A DNA stretch of 64,000 nt from Acholeplasmataceae bacterium (GTDB lineage Bacteria; Bacillota_I; Bacilli_A; Acholeplasmatales; Acholeplasmataceae), in NCBI GenBank assembly GCA_963667565.1, contig OY763415.1, forward strand, positions 1,056,001 to 1,120,000. The letters are read 5' to 3'. The notes under the pieces are model-generated. The model was given only the letters and a program-made list of their open reading frames with translations, had not been told where the DNA came from and did not search any database. Positions 10,754-21,033 of the stretch are shown in pieces; within the stretch, counting starts at the first letter, position 1, and each line of letters begins with the position of its first letter. The position numbers were made by a program, and so were the translations under genes.

Positions 10754-12359
10754 AATCCATATCTACATCGAAGTTTTCTAATAAACTTTTTTGTTCTAAA
10801 TGAACAGCATCTCCATGTTTTGTCAAAAGCATTGTAATAAAACTTGCTGCAACAAATATTGCTGCATATGGGAATAGTACAAGTCTTGTTTTGAATACAT
10901 AGTCCATGAATACACCAGATAAAATTGGTGTTAAGATTTGAGCTCCCATAGAGAAAGCATAATAATATCCAGTATATTTACCAACATTTGAACCTTTTGC
11001 AAGTTCAACAACCATTGGATAAGAATTGACATTAATTGTAGCCCAACCAATACCTGTTAAACCAAAGATAATATACATTATCCAACCTGTATCCTCATTA
11101 ACAAATGAAGCTGAACCAAAGCACACAGCAAGAATGACAATACCTATTAATATTGATTTTTTACGTCCGATTTTTGTTGATAAAATACCAATCGGAATAA
11201 ATGCAATTATCGCTGTTACATTGGCAACCAATAATGGAAGTGTAAATGATGATAATTGAAGTACATGAGGTACATAATCAGAAACTTTTGAAATTACGGC
11301 ATTATATCCCATAAACCATAAAAATACTGATACTAAAATTAATATAAGAGAAATCCTTTTATCTCTTGGAAGTTGATGCATATCAGATGAATCATCTTCA
11401 TCTTCTTCTAAGTTAAATTGTTTATCAAGTGCAATCTTTTCTTGGACTAATTTAGGTTCATTAACTTTCCATAGAAACAATCCTAAAAAGATGAGCATTA
11501 TGATACCGACAATGACAAATGCGAGTGTGTAGTGAACATAGGATTTACCAGATAGTCCCAAAACCGTAAGTAGTATCAGTGATGTTGTACCTGCAGCGGC
11601 ACCCATCAGGTTAATGACGGCATTTGCTTTACTTCTAAGTGGTTTAATGGTCACATCTGGCATTAAACTTACTGCTGGTGATCTAAAGACTGACATAGCA
11701 ACAAGTGCAACAAGCAATACAACAACAAATGTCACAAAATTAAACGGATTAGAAATCGTTTCTTCCCATGCAAGCGTAGATAAATATGTTTGATAATAAT
11801 CACTTAAATATGCTAAATCACCAACACTTAATTCTGTATTTGTATTATCAGTCAATATTTGATCGATTTGATCGTAGGTATTAACTTTCCATTTATCATA
11901 CGTGCTTTGAGATATTAACCCAGCATCAAGTTTTGCCAAACGCTCTGTTTGCATATCTTGAAGAAGTCCATCCCAAAATGTTTCTAATCTTCTCTCATCA
12001 CTATCTTTATAATCAGTGTATAATCCAATAATTTCTGTTTGTTCAATACGTTTTGTTTGAACGCTATCCATATATGATAATCCCATGAATGCAAATGCTG
12101 CGATAATGGTACCAACAATGATAAATGGTGTTCTTCTTCCTTTTTTGTAATTAGAACGATCTGATATCGCACCAAACAAAGGTAGCATAAATAATGCAAG
12201 TACATTGTCTAGAGCCATGATGACACCTGACCATGTTTGATTCAATCCAAATTTATCAATCATAATTTTAGCAATAATATTATCATATGTTTGCCAAAAA
12301 ATAGTGATGATAAAAAATGCTAATCCGACATAAAATATCTTCTTATAATCTAATTTCAT
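10752..12359 (-). CDS. MFS sugar transporter (maltose/sucrose-like) with large loop insertion
   Basis: PLFGAISDR..GRRTPFI, STKIGRKK, about 12 TMs; start ATG 12359 after GGGAG RBS. Confidence 0.8.
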   Translation of the reverse strand: MKLDYKKIFYVGLAFFIITIFWQTYDNIIAKIMIDKFGLNQTWSGVIMALDNVLALFMLPLFGAISDRSNYKKGRRTPFIIVGTIIAAFAFMGLSYMDSVQTKRIEQTEIIGLYTDYKDSDERRLETFWDGLLQDMQTERLAKLDAGLISQSTYDKWKVNTYDQIDQILTDNTNTELSVGDLAYLSDYYQTYLSTLAWEETISNPFNFVTFVVVLLVALVAMSVFRSPAVSLMPDVTIKPLRSKANAVINLMGAAAGTTSLILLTVLGLSGKSYVHYTLAFVIVGIIMLIFLGLFLWKVNEPKLVQEKIALDKQFNLEEDEDDSSDMHQLPRDKRISLILILVSVFLWFMGYNAVISKVSDYVPHVLQLSSFTLPLLVANVTAIIAFIPIGILSTKIGRKKSILIGIVILAVCFGSASFVNEDTGWIMYIIFGLTGIGWATINVNSYPMVVELAKGSNVGKYTGYYYAFSMGAQILTPILSGVFMDYVFKTRLVLFPYAAIFVAASFITMLLTKHGDAVHLEQKSLLENFDVDMD

Positions 12360-12467
12360 ATATTCTCCCTTAAGTAACATTGTTAAAATAAGTATAACAT
12401 GACTTTTTACAAAATGAATGATGTGATTATAAAAATAAAAAAAGAAAGTTTTCACTTTCTTTATTTT

Positions 12468-12890
12468 TTACTTAAATAACTTTAGATATTGACCATAACC
12501 TTCTTTTTCCAATTCTGATTTTGGTATAAAACGAAGTGCTGCAGAATTGATACAATAACGATACCCACCAAGTTCAATCGGTCCATCTGTAAATAGATGT
12601 CCTAAATGGCTATTGGCGTCTTTACTTCTAACTTCAGTTCTCACCATACCATGACTTTTATCCATCAGTGTCTCTACTTTTTCTAAAGGTTTAGAAAAAC
12701 TTGGCCAACCACAGTGACTATCAAATTTGTCTAGACTTGAAAATAATGGTTCACCAGAAACTATATCGACATAAATACCCTCATCATGTGAATCCCAAAA
12801 CTCATTTTGATAAGGTCGTTCAGTTCCATTTTCTTGTGTAACATGATATTGAATAGGCGTTAATTTCTTTTTAAGTTCATCTTTATGCAT
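12468..12890 (-). CDS. msrB: Peptide-methionine (R)-S-oxide reductase
   Basis: [26 protein letters not shown]. Confidence 0.96.
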   Translation of the reverse strand: MHKDELKKKLTPIQYHVTQENGTERPYQNEFWDSHDEGIYVDIVSGEPLFSSLDKFDSHCGWPSFSKPLEKVETLMDKSHGMVRTEVRSKDANSHLGHLFTDGPIELGGYRYCINSAALRFIPKSELEKEGYGQYLKLFK

Positions 12891-12939
12891 AAAATCACCT
12901 CAAATTCATATTATCATTTTTAAATTTTATTTGCTTTAG

Positions 12940-13437
12940 TTATGCAAATCGATGTGCTAAAGAGCTTGCTGCTGCGGCAGCAATGGCACCAACAATATCA
13001 TCTAAAAAAGTATTACATCTATTTTCTTGCTTGCCTTCTTCATCGAGTTTTTTGATGATTCCACTTTTCACTTTATCAACATAACCAAAATTGGTAAATC
13101 CAATAGAACCATAAACATTAACAATGGATAGTGCCATGATCTCATCAATACCATAGAGTCCATAATCATTTAATAACATAGATAAAAGTGGTTCTGAAAT
13201 AAGTTTCTTTTCAGCTAAAATATCTAATTCTAATCCAGTTAATGCTGCATGTTGAACTTCTCGTTTCATCATCACTTTTTCAACATGTTCTAAACATAAT
13301 TCTAAAGTTAAGTTAGGTATATATTTTATTTGTAAATCATAAGTAATCTTTGCTATATCAATTAACTCAACACCTCGTTCGACAAAGCGATCAATAATGA
13401 CTTGATATAATTCAGTTTTATTTGTAGTTTTTTCCAT
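12940..13437 (-). CDS. Phosphatidylglycerophosphatase A family (YutG-like)
   Basis: YGIDE, YGSIGFTNFGYVDK, FLDDIVGAIAAAA. Confidence 0.85.
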   Translation of the reverse strand: MEKTTNKTELYQVIIDRFVERGVELIDIAKITYDLQIKYIPNLTLELCLEHVEKVMMKREVQHAALTGLELDILAEKKLISEPLLSMLLNDYGLYGIDEIMALSIVNVYGSIGFTNFGYVDKVKSGIIKKLDEEGKQENRCNTFLDDIVGAIAAAAASSLAHRFA

Positions 13438-13566
13438 TTTTTACATCTCCTAAAAAAAGCGGTGGAAGTTTATTATACATCTTTTTATTAGAAATGCAAC
13501 TTTTTATCAACAAAGGTGAAAATTGAGGTTATTGTATCATATGTTATAATGACCTTGGAGGTTAGT

Positions 13567-14781
13567 ATGAAAAAATTAAATGTATATTCAGAAATTGGAA
13601 AATTAAATAAAGTATTGGTACATATGCCTGGTGACGAATTACTCCATTTAACACCAGATTGGTTAGATGATCTTCTTTTTGATGACATCCCCTGGTTAAA
13701 AAGAGCCCAGGAAGAACATCTAGCATTTCAAGAATCATTAAGACAACAAGGCGTTGAAGTCATTCAATTAATTGATATCATGAGTGAGATACTCGTAAAA
13801 AATGAGATTAAAGATGAATTTATAGAACAATTTATGAATGAAAGTGACATCAACAATCAAAATTTAAGATTAAAAGTAAAAACTTATCTCAATAAACTTT
13901 CAAACGGTGAGTTCATGCATAAAGTTATCGCTGGTATACTCAAAACAGATATTTCACCTATGAGAAAACATCACTTAAAAGATTATATCAGTGATTATCC
14001 TTTTATCACTGATCCAATGCCAAATTTATACTTTACTCGTGACCCTTTTACGATTATTGGTAATGATGTAAGTTTACATAGAATGCATAAAAAAAACCGA
14101 CAACGCGAGTCGATTTTTGGTCAGTTTCTCTTGAAATATCATCCATATTTTAATGAAGCAAAAACACTTTATCATCGAGATGAAATTTACCCTATAGAGG
14201 GTGGAGATATTCTCAATATAAATGAGGACGTTTTGCTCATTGGCTTAAGTGAAAGAACTCATCCTGATGCAATTGAATTATTAGCAAAAAATTTATTTTC
14301 TCTTACAAATTATAAAAATGTTCTGGCAATTTTGTTGCCTAAGAAAAGAACTTTTATGCACCTAGACACTGTATTTACCCAAGTTGATTATTATCATTTT
14401 GTCGTACATCCTGCGCTTTTAGGTAGTCAAAAAATCTACGAGATTCATAAAGATTTAAGCTTTAAAAAGGGCTATAAAATAACAGAAACATCAAATTCTT
14501 TAAAATCTTGTCTAAAAAAATTTATTAAACATGAGATCACATTAATCCCTTGTGGTGGTAAAAATAACATATCTGCAGATCGTGAACAATGGAATGATGG
14601 TGCAAATGTATTCGCTGTTAAACCAGGTGTTGTAATCGCTTATGATAGAAATGATCTAACAAACCAAAAACTCGTGCGAAATGGTATCACTGTTATTGAA
14701 ATTCCATCAAGTGAGTTATCAAGAGGACGAGGTGGTCCAAGATGTATGACTATGCCATTAAATCGTTCTTCTATTAAATAA
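13567..14781 (+). CDS. arcA: Arginine deiminase
   Basis: VYSEIGKL, LLFDDIP, FTRD, EGGD, MHLDT, RGRGGPRCMT; start ATG 13567 after GGAGG. Confidence 0.93.
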   Translation: MKKLNVYSEIGKLNKVLVHMPGDELLHLTPDWLDDLLFDDIPWLKRAQEEHLAFQESLRQQGVEVIQLIDIMSEILVKNEIKDEFIEQFMNESDINNQNLRLKVKTYLNKLSNGEFMHKVIAGILKTDISPMRKHHLKDYISDYPFITDPMPNLYFTRDPFTIIGNDVSLHRMHKKNRQRESIFGQFLLKYHPYFNEAKTLYHRDEIYPIEGGDILNINEDVLLIGLSERTHPDAIELLAKNLFSLTNYKNVLAILLPKKRTFMHLDTVFTQVDYYHFVVHPALLGSQKIYEIHKDLSFKKGYKITETSNSLKSCLKKFIKHEITLIPCGGKNNISADREQWNDGANVFAVKPGVVIAYDRNDLTNQKLVRNGITVIEIPSSELSRGRGGPRCMTMPLNRSSIK

Positions 14782-14863
14782 AAAAAAGAGCTCTCACGCC
14801 TTGGGGGGGAATGAAGCGTGAGAGCGAAGGAAAGTTACTAATCAAAAAAGGTGATTAGCAACA
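14781..14863 (-). ncRNA. Candidate ~80-nt small RNA with C-rich loops
   Basis: Own consensus promoter, 5' hairpin 14834-14862, terminator hairpin 14790-14825 with C7 loop and U tract on the minus strand. Confidence 0.6.
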
Positions 14864-14869
14864 TAATGT

Positions 14870-14898
14870 ATTATACAACAGCCTTATGAGATAGTCAA
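14870..14898 (-). promoter_or_regulatory. Sigma-A promoter of the candidate sRNA
   Basis: TTGACT (14898-14893), 17 nt, TATAAT (14875-14870). Confidence 0.7.
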
Positions 14899-15061
14899 TT
14901 TAAATTGCTAAGACTGTTTAATTTTATTTAAATACCTCGTTATATATATAATAAATATGGCTAAATTTAGCATAATGTTTCAGATAATGTAAGAATATGA
15001 AAAACCATCTAAACTTTATATGATATTTTCACATATTTTACATTAAATTTATACATGCTAA

Positions 15062-15769
15062 TTATGTTGTTAAATATGCTTCTATTAGTTTGGGATCACT
15101 TAACAAATCTTTAGCTTTACCTTCGGTAACAATATGACCAGTCTCTAAAACATATCCATAATCTGAGATTTCTAATGCGCGTTTTGCATTTTGTTCAACC
15201 AATAAAATAGTAGTTCCTTCTTGATTAATTTTTTGGATGATATTAAATATTTGATCAACTAAAATCGGTGCCAAACCCATAGATGGTTCATCCAACAGCA
15301 TAATTTTTGGGTGACTCATGAGTGCTCTTGCCATAGCAAGCATTTGCTGCTCACCACCAGAGAGTGTACCTGCAACTTGATTTTTTCTTTCTTCAAGTCT
15401 TGGAAAATAACCAAAAACTGTTTTTAAGTCTTCCTTAAACAGTTTTTTATTTTTTTGGATATAAGCACCCATAGCAAGATTATCTAAAACTGTTAATTCT
15501 GGAAATACTCTTCTTCCTTCTGGGACTTGAGAAATACCTAATTTAACTATATCATGTGCTTTATATTTAATTGTGGATTTACCTAAAAAGATGATATCTC
15601 CTTCTTTAATCGGAATTAAATTGGAAATTGACTTTAATATAGAAGATTTACCTGCACCATTAGCGCCAATAAGCGTTACAATTGAACCTTCTTCAACCTT
15701 AAAATTGACACCTTTAATGGCATGGATTGAATCATAATAAACATGTAAATTATTAACTTCTAATAACAT
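15062..15769 (-). CDS. livF: Branched-chain amino acid ABC transporter ATPase
   Basis: GANGAGKS, LSGGEQQM, LLDEPSMGLAP. Confidence 0.93.
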   Translation of the reverse strand: MLLEVNNLHVYYDSIHAIKGVNFKVEEGSIVTLIGANGAGKSSILKSISNLIPIKEGDIIFLGKSTIKYKAHDIVKLGISQVPEGRRVFPELTVLDNLAMGAYIQKNKKLFKEDLKTVFGYFPRLEERKNQVAGTLSGGEQQMLAMARALMSHPKIMLLDEPSMGLAPILVDQIFNIIQKINQEGTTILLVEQNAKRALEISDYGYVLETGHIVTEGKAKDLLSDPKLIEAYLTT

Positions 15770-15770
15770 A

Positions 15771-16529
15771 TCATTCTCCTAAATAAGCTTTGATGACAGC
15801 TGGATTTTTTCTAATTTCACCAGGTGTCCCAGAAGCAATTGTTTTTCCATAGTCAACAACAATAATTCTTTCACATATGCCCATAACAAGTTTCATATCA
15901 TGTTCAATCAATAAAATTGACACCTTAAAATAATCTTTAATGAATTTTATCGTATGCATAAGATCATGTGTTTCTTGATCATTCATTCCTGCCGCAGGTT
16001 CATCAAGCAATAATATTTTCGGTTTAGTTGCAAGTGCTCTAAGTATTTCAAGTTTTCTTTGTTTACCATAAGGTAAGTTTTTAGATAGTGTGTTTGCTTC
16101 TTCTTCCATTTGAAACACTTTGAGTAAATCCATAGCTGTTTTTTGTGCTTCTTGTTCTTGCTCTTTAAATTTTTTAGTTTTAAAAATAGCTTGAAAGAAA
16201 TTGTAACTCATTTGATTATGATATGCAACTTTTATATTATCTATAACAGTCATATTTTTAAACAATCGAATGTTTTGAAATGTACGTGCACCACCTAATA
16301 AAACAATTTCATCAGGTTTTTTAGTTAACGTTGATTTTTTAGATAAGTGAACTTCACCACTTGTTGGTTTATAAACACCTGTTAATAAGTTGAAAATTGT
16401 TGTTTTTCCTGCACCATTAGGTCCTATAAGACCAACAAGTTCACCAGGGAAAATTTCTAAATTAAAATTATCAACTGCTGTTAAACCACCAAATTGTATT
16501 TTAAGATCAACTGCTTTTAAAATACTCAT
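15771..16529 (-). CDS. livG: Branched-chain amino acid ABC transporter ATPase
   Basis: GPNGAGKT, RTFQNIRLF, LPYG, DEPAAG. Confidence 0.93.
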   Translation of the reverse strand: MSILKAVDLKIQFGGLTAVDNFNLEIFPGELVGLIGPNGAGKTTIFNLLTGVYKPTSGEVHLSKKSTLTKKPDEIVLLGGARTFQNIRLFKNMTVIDNIKVAYHNQMSYNFFQAIFKTKKFKEQEQEAQKTAMDLLKVFQMEEEANTLSKNLPYGKQRKLEILRALATKPKILLLDEPAAGMNDQETHDLMHTIKFIKDYFKVSILLIEHDMKLVMGICERIIVVDYGKTIASGTPGEIRKNPAVIKAYLGE

Positions 16530-17584
16530 GTTTGTTCACCTTTCCTTTGACTTTTCTTTTTAAACCAATCAGTAATTTCTACGAATTCAGGTAGTTTAAG
16601 TTCTTTGGTTCCAAGTAAACCTTGTGGTCTAAAAAGCATCATTAAAATGAGTAATAAACTATATATCAACATGCGCCATGTTTCAAAACTTAATAATGCT
16701 TGCGGTAAGATTGTTAAAACAATAGCTGAGATGACCGAACCTGTGACGCTACCAATACCACCTAATACAACGATAACGAAGATATTAACAGATTGCATGA
16801 ATGAGATACTGTTTGGAGAAATAAACCCTTTAAACGCAAATAATGCGCCACCAATGCCACCGAATCCAGCTGCAAGTACAAAACCAAGAATTTTAAATTT
16901 AAATAAATTTATACCGACTGATTCTGCAGCAATCTCATCTTCTCTAATAGACAACATTGCACGTCCAAATCTTGAATTCATCATAAGTACAATAATGAGT
17001 ATTATGATGACTACTGTAAAATAAGCACTATTAAAGGTTGAAATTTGAGGAATGTTTTTAAGTCCACCTGCACCACCAGTTAAATCTGAAAGGTTAGTTG
17101 CTGCAACTCTAATGATTTCGCCAAATCCTAGTGTTAAGATACCTAAATAATCACCTTTAAGTCTTAATGCTGGTGTACCAATTAATAATCCAGCAAAGGC
17201 TGCAGTTGTAAATGCTACAAGAATTGACATTACATAAAGCAATAAATCACTTGCGACATCATCTCTCATATAAATTGCAAAAATGCCTGCTGCATATCCT
17301 CCGATACCCATGAATGCTGCATGACCTAAAATGAGTTGTCCTAAAAATCCTGTCGCAATATTTAAACTCGTTGCAAGGACAACAAATGCCATCACAGACA
17401 TTAAAATACCCATATAGTAATTACCTATAAATCCAACAAGAATAAGTATTTGAATGATACTCCAAATTCCAAATATAAGGATAAGTGAAGGTAACATTGA
17501 TAAAATGATTTTTTTAAGCTTAGAGCCATCACTAGATTTTATTTTTTGCATGTAAGCATCAATCATTTGTCTTAATTTATTCAT
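16526..17584 (-). CDS. livM: Branched-chain amino acid ABC permease
   Basis: LGHAAFMGIG, LRLKGDY, SIREDEIAAE; start moved to ATG 17584. Confidence 0.92.
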   Translation of the reverse strand: MNKLRQMIDAYMQKIKSSDGSKLKKIILSMLPSLILIFGIWSIIQILILVGFIGNYYMGILMSVMAFVVLATSLNIATGFLGQLILGHAAFMGIGGYAAGIFAIYMRDDVASDLLLYVMSILVAFTTAAFAGLLIGTPALRLKGDYLGILTLGFGEIIRVAATNLSDLTGGAGGLKNIPQISTFNSAYFTVVIIILIIVLMMNSRFGRAMLSIREDEIAAESVGINLFKFKILGFVLAAGFGGIGGALFAFKGFISPNSISFMQSVNIFVIVVLGGIGSVTGSVISAIVLTILPQALLSFETWRMLIYSLLLILMMLFRPQGLLGTKELKLPEFVEITDWFKKKSQRKGEQT

Positions 17585-17585
17585 A

Positions 17586-18470
17586 TTACACCTTCTCCTT
17601 GACATTTTTACCTAGCATGCCTGAAGGTTTGACAAGTAATACAATAATTAAAATAACAAATACAAGTGCATCTGCCCATTGTGTAGAAATATATGTCTTT
17701 GTTAATGTTTCAGAAATACCAATGATAAAACCACCTAATACGGCACCACCAATATTTCCAATGCCACCTAATACGGCTGCAATAAATGCTTTTAACCCTG
17801 GCATCATACCCATATATGGTTCGATATTTACATACGCAACAGAGTAAAATATACCAGCAAGTGCACCAAGTCCACTACCTAATGCAAATGTTAGTGAAAT
17901 AACTCGATTGACATTAATACCCATCAACCTTGCTGCATCTTGATCTTGAGAAACTGCTCTCATTGCTTTACCTGGTTTTGTTTTATAGACAAAAAGTGTT
18001 AATAAAATCATCATAACGATGGAAATGATAATTGTATAAAGTGTTAATTGTGAAACATCAAAACCTAAAATATTGATTGGTGCACCACCAAAAATGTTTA
18101 CTTGTACTTTAGGTGTTGCCGTAAAAATTTTCTGGGCTAAACTTTCAAGTAACAAACTTACACCAATCGCGGTGATCAGTGCTGAGATTCTAGGTGCATT
18201 TCTTAATTTTCTATACGCTAATCTTTCAATGATGATACCTACTAATGCCCCAAGTGCCATAACGATGGCAATGACCACGACAACAGGTAGATCAATTGGA
18301 AAATTAACCAAGAAAATATAACTTAAATACGCACCGACCATCATTATATCTCCGTGCGCAAAGTTTATAAGTTTTATAATTCCATATACCATTGTATATC
18401 CGATTGCAATTAAGGCAAGTATGCTCCCATACTTAACACCATTTAGCAATTGTTGAATAAAATAATCCAT
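17586..18470 (-). CDS. livH: Branched-chain amino acid ABC permease
   Basis: GYTMVYGIIKLINFAHG, KAFIAAVLGG; start ATG 18470. Confidence 0.93.
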   Translation of the reverse strand: MDYFIQQLLNGVKYGSILALIAIGYTMVYGIIKLINFAHGDIMMVGAYLSYIFLVNFPIDLPVVVVIAIVMALGALVGIIIERLAYRKLRNAPRISALITAIGVSLLLESLAQKIFTATPKVQVNIFGGAPINILGFDVSQLTLYTIIISIVMMILLTLFVYKTKPGKAMRAVSQDQDAARLMGINVNRVISLTFALGSGLGALAGIFYSVAYVNIEPYMGMMPGLKAFIAAVLGGIGNIGGAVLGGFIIGISETLTKTYISTQWADALVFVILIIVLLVKPSGMLGKNVKEKV

Positions 18471-18553
18471 AATGTGAATTCCCTTCAAATGAGATAAAAT
18501 AGAGGAGCATGTTTATAAACGCTCCTCTAACAAGCTTAAATCTCTAAATTTTA

Positions 18554-19675
18554 TTAAGCAGCAGTATATTTTTTAACGAGTACTTGAGCACCATTTTCAA
18601 CTTTAATAATGGATACTGCTTTATCTTGTGCATCACCATTATCATCAAAAGTGATTGAACCAGTGACACCATCTTCATAAGTAATTGCATTAAGTGCAGC
18701 AATCACATCAGCATATTCTACAGATTGTGCATCATCAATTGCAGCAACCATCACTTTAACAGCATCATATGCTAGTGCAGCTAATGCATTAGGTGCTTCA
18801 CCATATGCATCAGTGTATGCTGTAACAAAGTTTTGTACAAGTGGATCTGTATCTGATTTAGCATAATGATTTCCAAAATACATACCTTCTGCAGCTGTTG
18901 CATAAGTTGATTCAATACTATCCCAACCATCTCCACCTAAAAATGGAATATCTAATCCCTGAGATTTAGCTTCTGTTAAGATTGGTCCAACTGTATCTGT
19001 ATATGTTGGAACAAAAACCGCATCATATCCACCATTTTTAATTGATGTGATATATGTACTAAAATCAACAGTTCCACTAGTGAAACCCATAGCATCAACT
19101 GTTAAATTAGCACTAACATATTCAGCAACGAAAGCATCTTTTAAACCGACTGAATAATCATCACCAGTATCAAATAATACAGCTGCTTTGACTGATGATA
19201 AGTCATTGATAGCAAATTGTGCCATAACTGCACCTTGATAACTATCTAAATAACAAGCTCTAAATACATTACTTGCTTCTTCAGTAATTGAGACTGCAGT
19301 CCCTGTAGGTGTTAATACTGGAATACCTTCTTCTACCGCGTAAGGTTTAAAAGCATTTGTTAAACCAGAAAATGTTCCACCAATGATTGCAACTACACCT
19401 TTTTGATCAACAGCATAGTTATAATTGTTGATAGCCATATCTGAATCTGCTTGATTATCTAAAACAACTAATTCTAATTCTTTACCTAGAACACCTCCAG
19501 CATCATTAATTTCTGATGCAGCGAGTTCTGCGCCGTTTTTTACAGCTTCTCCATATACAGAATATGGTCCAGTGATTGGGCCAAATACTGCAAATTTGAT
19601 TGTGTCACTGTTTCCACAAGCGACAAGACCTAAACTTAAAATAAAGGCCGATATTGCGATTAAAATTTTCTTCAT
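18554..19675 (-). CDS. livK: Branched-chain amino acid ABC substrate-binding lipoprotein (LivJ/K-like)
   Basis: Lipobox LVAC; PITGPYSVYG, INDAGGVLG, GVTGSITFD. Confidence 0.88.
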   Translation of the reverse strand: MKKILIAISAFILSLGLVACGNSDTIKFAVFGPITGPYSVYGEAVKNGAELAASEINDAGGVLGKELELVVLDNQADSDMAINNYNYAVDQKGVVAIIGGTFSGLTNAFKPYAVEEGIPVLTPTGTAVSITEEASNVFRACYLDSYQGAVMAQFAINDLSSVKAAVLFDTGDDYSVGLKDAFVAEYVSANLTVDAMGFTSGTVDFSTYITSIKNGGYDAVFVPTYTDTVGPILTEAKSQGLDIPFLGGDGWDSIESTYATAAEGMYFGNHYAKSDTDPLVQNFVTAYTDAYGEAPNALAALAYDAVKVMVAAIDDAQSVEYADVIAALNAITYEDGVTGSITFDDNGDAQDKAVSIIKVENGAQVLVKKYTAA

Positions 19676-19868
19676 TGTCTAACCTCTCTTTATTTTATTG
19701 TTGTTATGATATAATACTTTTTACTATCAAGTCAACAACTTTTATGAAATTTTCATGAAAAAACTATCATGAAAATGTTTTCATCGTCGTATTAAGCCGT
19801 TATCTCGCACATATTTATGAAAAAAAAGCAAATATGCATATACATATTTGCTTACTTTTTTTTATAAT

Positions 19869-20996
19869 TTAATTTATTATTTTCAATGCTTTAGCCATTC
19901 TTATATAGTAATTGACCCCTACTTCTAGAATACTTTCACTAAAATTAAATTTATTATTATGTAGTGGATAGATGAAATCTTTTTCTATATTTTTTGATCC
20001 AACAAATGCAAACATTCCAGGAACTTTTTTCAAATAGAATGCGAAATCTTCAGCAACCATAAGTGGCTCAACAATTTCATATTCACTAGGATTATATGCG
20101 CTTAATGCTAAATCAAATAATTCACTATGATTAATTACAGCTGGATAATAATCTCTGATTTCACATTCAATTTTAACATTAAACATGATTTCTAATCCTT
20201 GATTGATTTCATAAATTCTTTTCTTTATAAGTCCATATACATCTTGGTGATATACTCTAATCGTTCCTGATAAACTCACTTCTCCAGCAATGATATTTCT
20301 CGCCTCACCACCTGATAGAGTCCCTATCGTAATGACACTAGGTCTTAAAGGATTGATATCTCTTGAAACGATACTTTGATATGCTTGAACTAAAAAACTT
20401 TGTGCAATAATAGCATCATGTCCTAAATGAGGTTGTGCTCCATGTGCTGATTTTGCATGAATCTTAATATCGAATTCACCATTTTGAGCAGTCATAGGGC
20501 CATTTGCAAATCCCATTTTACCCTCATCAACACCAGGAAACAAATGAAGGCCTAAAATCTTTTTGATATTATACTTCTCAAATATACCTTCATCGATGAT
20601 AACTTTAGCACCACCAGGACCTTCTTCCGCTGGTTGGAAAATGAATACAATCGTTTGATTAATGTCTTTAAGCTCTGATATATATTTAGCAAAACCTAAG
20701 AGCATTGTCATATGACCATCATGGCCACAAGCATGCATCTTACCTTCATGTTTAGATTTAAATGGAATGTCACACTTTTCAGTGACAGGAAGTGCATCCA
20801 TATCGGAACGAAATGCTACCGCTTCATCGCTTTTCCCTTTTTTTATGGCTATCAATCCTGTTTTCGCAACTGTAATTGGTTCATATCCAAATGATTCTAA
20901 TTCTTTTTTTACGTATGCATGAGTTAAAAATAAATCAAATTCTAATTCAGGGATTTGATGTAAATCTCTTCGATATTTGATTAATGTGTCTAGCAT
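19869..20996 (-). CDS. M20 amidohydrolase, likely N-acetyl-L,L-diaminopimelate deacetylase
   Basis: RRDLHQIPE, RSDMDALP, MHACGHDGH, FQPAEE; last gene of dap operon next to dapH. Confidence 0.82.
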   Translation of the reverse strand: MLDTLIKYRRDLHQIPELEFDLFLTHAYVKKELESFGYEPITVAKTGLIAIKKGKSDEAVAFRSDMDALPVTEKCDIPFKSKHEGKMHACGHDGHMTMLLGFAKYISELKDINQTIVFIFQPAEEGPGGAKVIIDEGIFEKYNIKKILGLHLFPGVDEGKMGFANGPMTAQNGEFDIKIHAKSAHGAQPHLGHDAIIAQSFLVQAYQSIVSRDINPLRPSVITIGTLSGGEARNIIAGEVSLSGTIRVYHQDVYGLIKKRIYEINQGLEIMFNVKIECEIRDYYPAVINHSELFDLALSAYNPSEYEIVEPLMVAEDFAFYLKKVPGMFAFVGSKNIEKDFIYPLHNNKFNFSESILEVGVNYYIRMAKALKIIN

Positions 20997-21033
20997 AATT
21001 TCACCTACTTATGTATGAATTATAACACAGATA

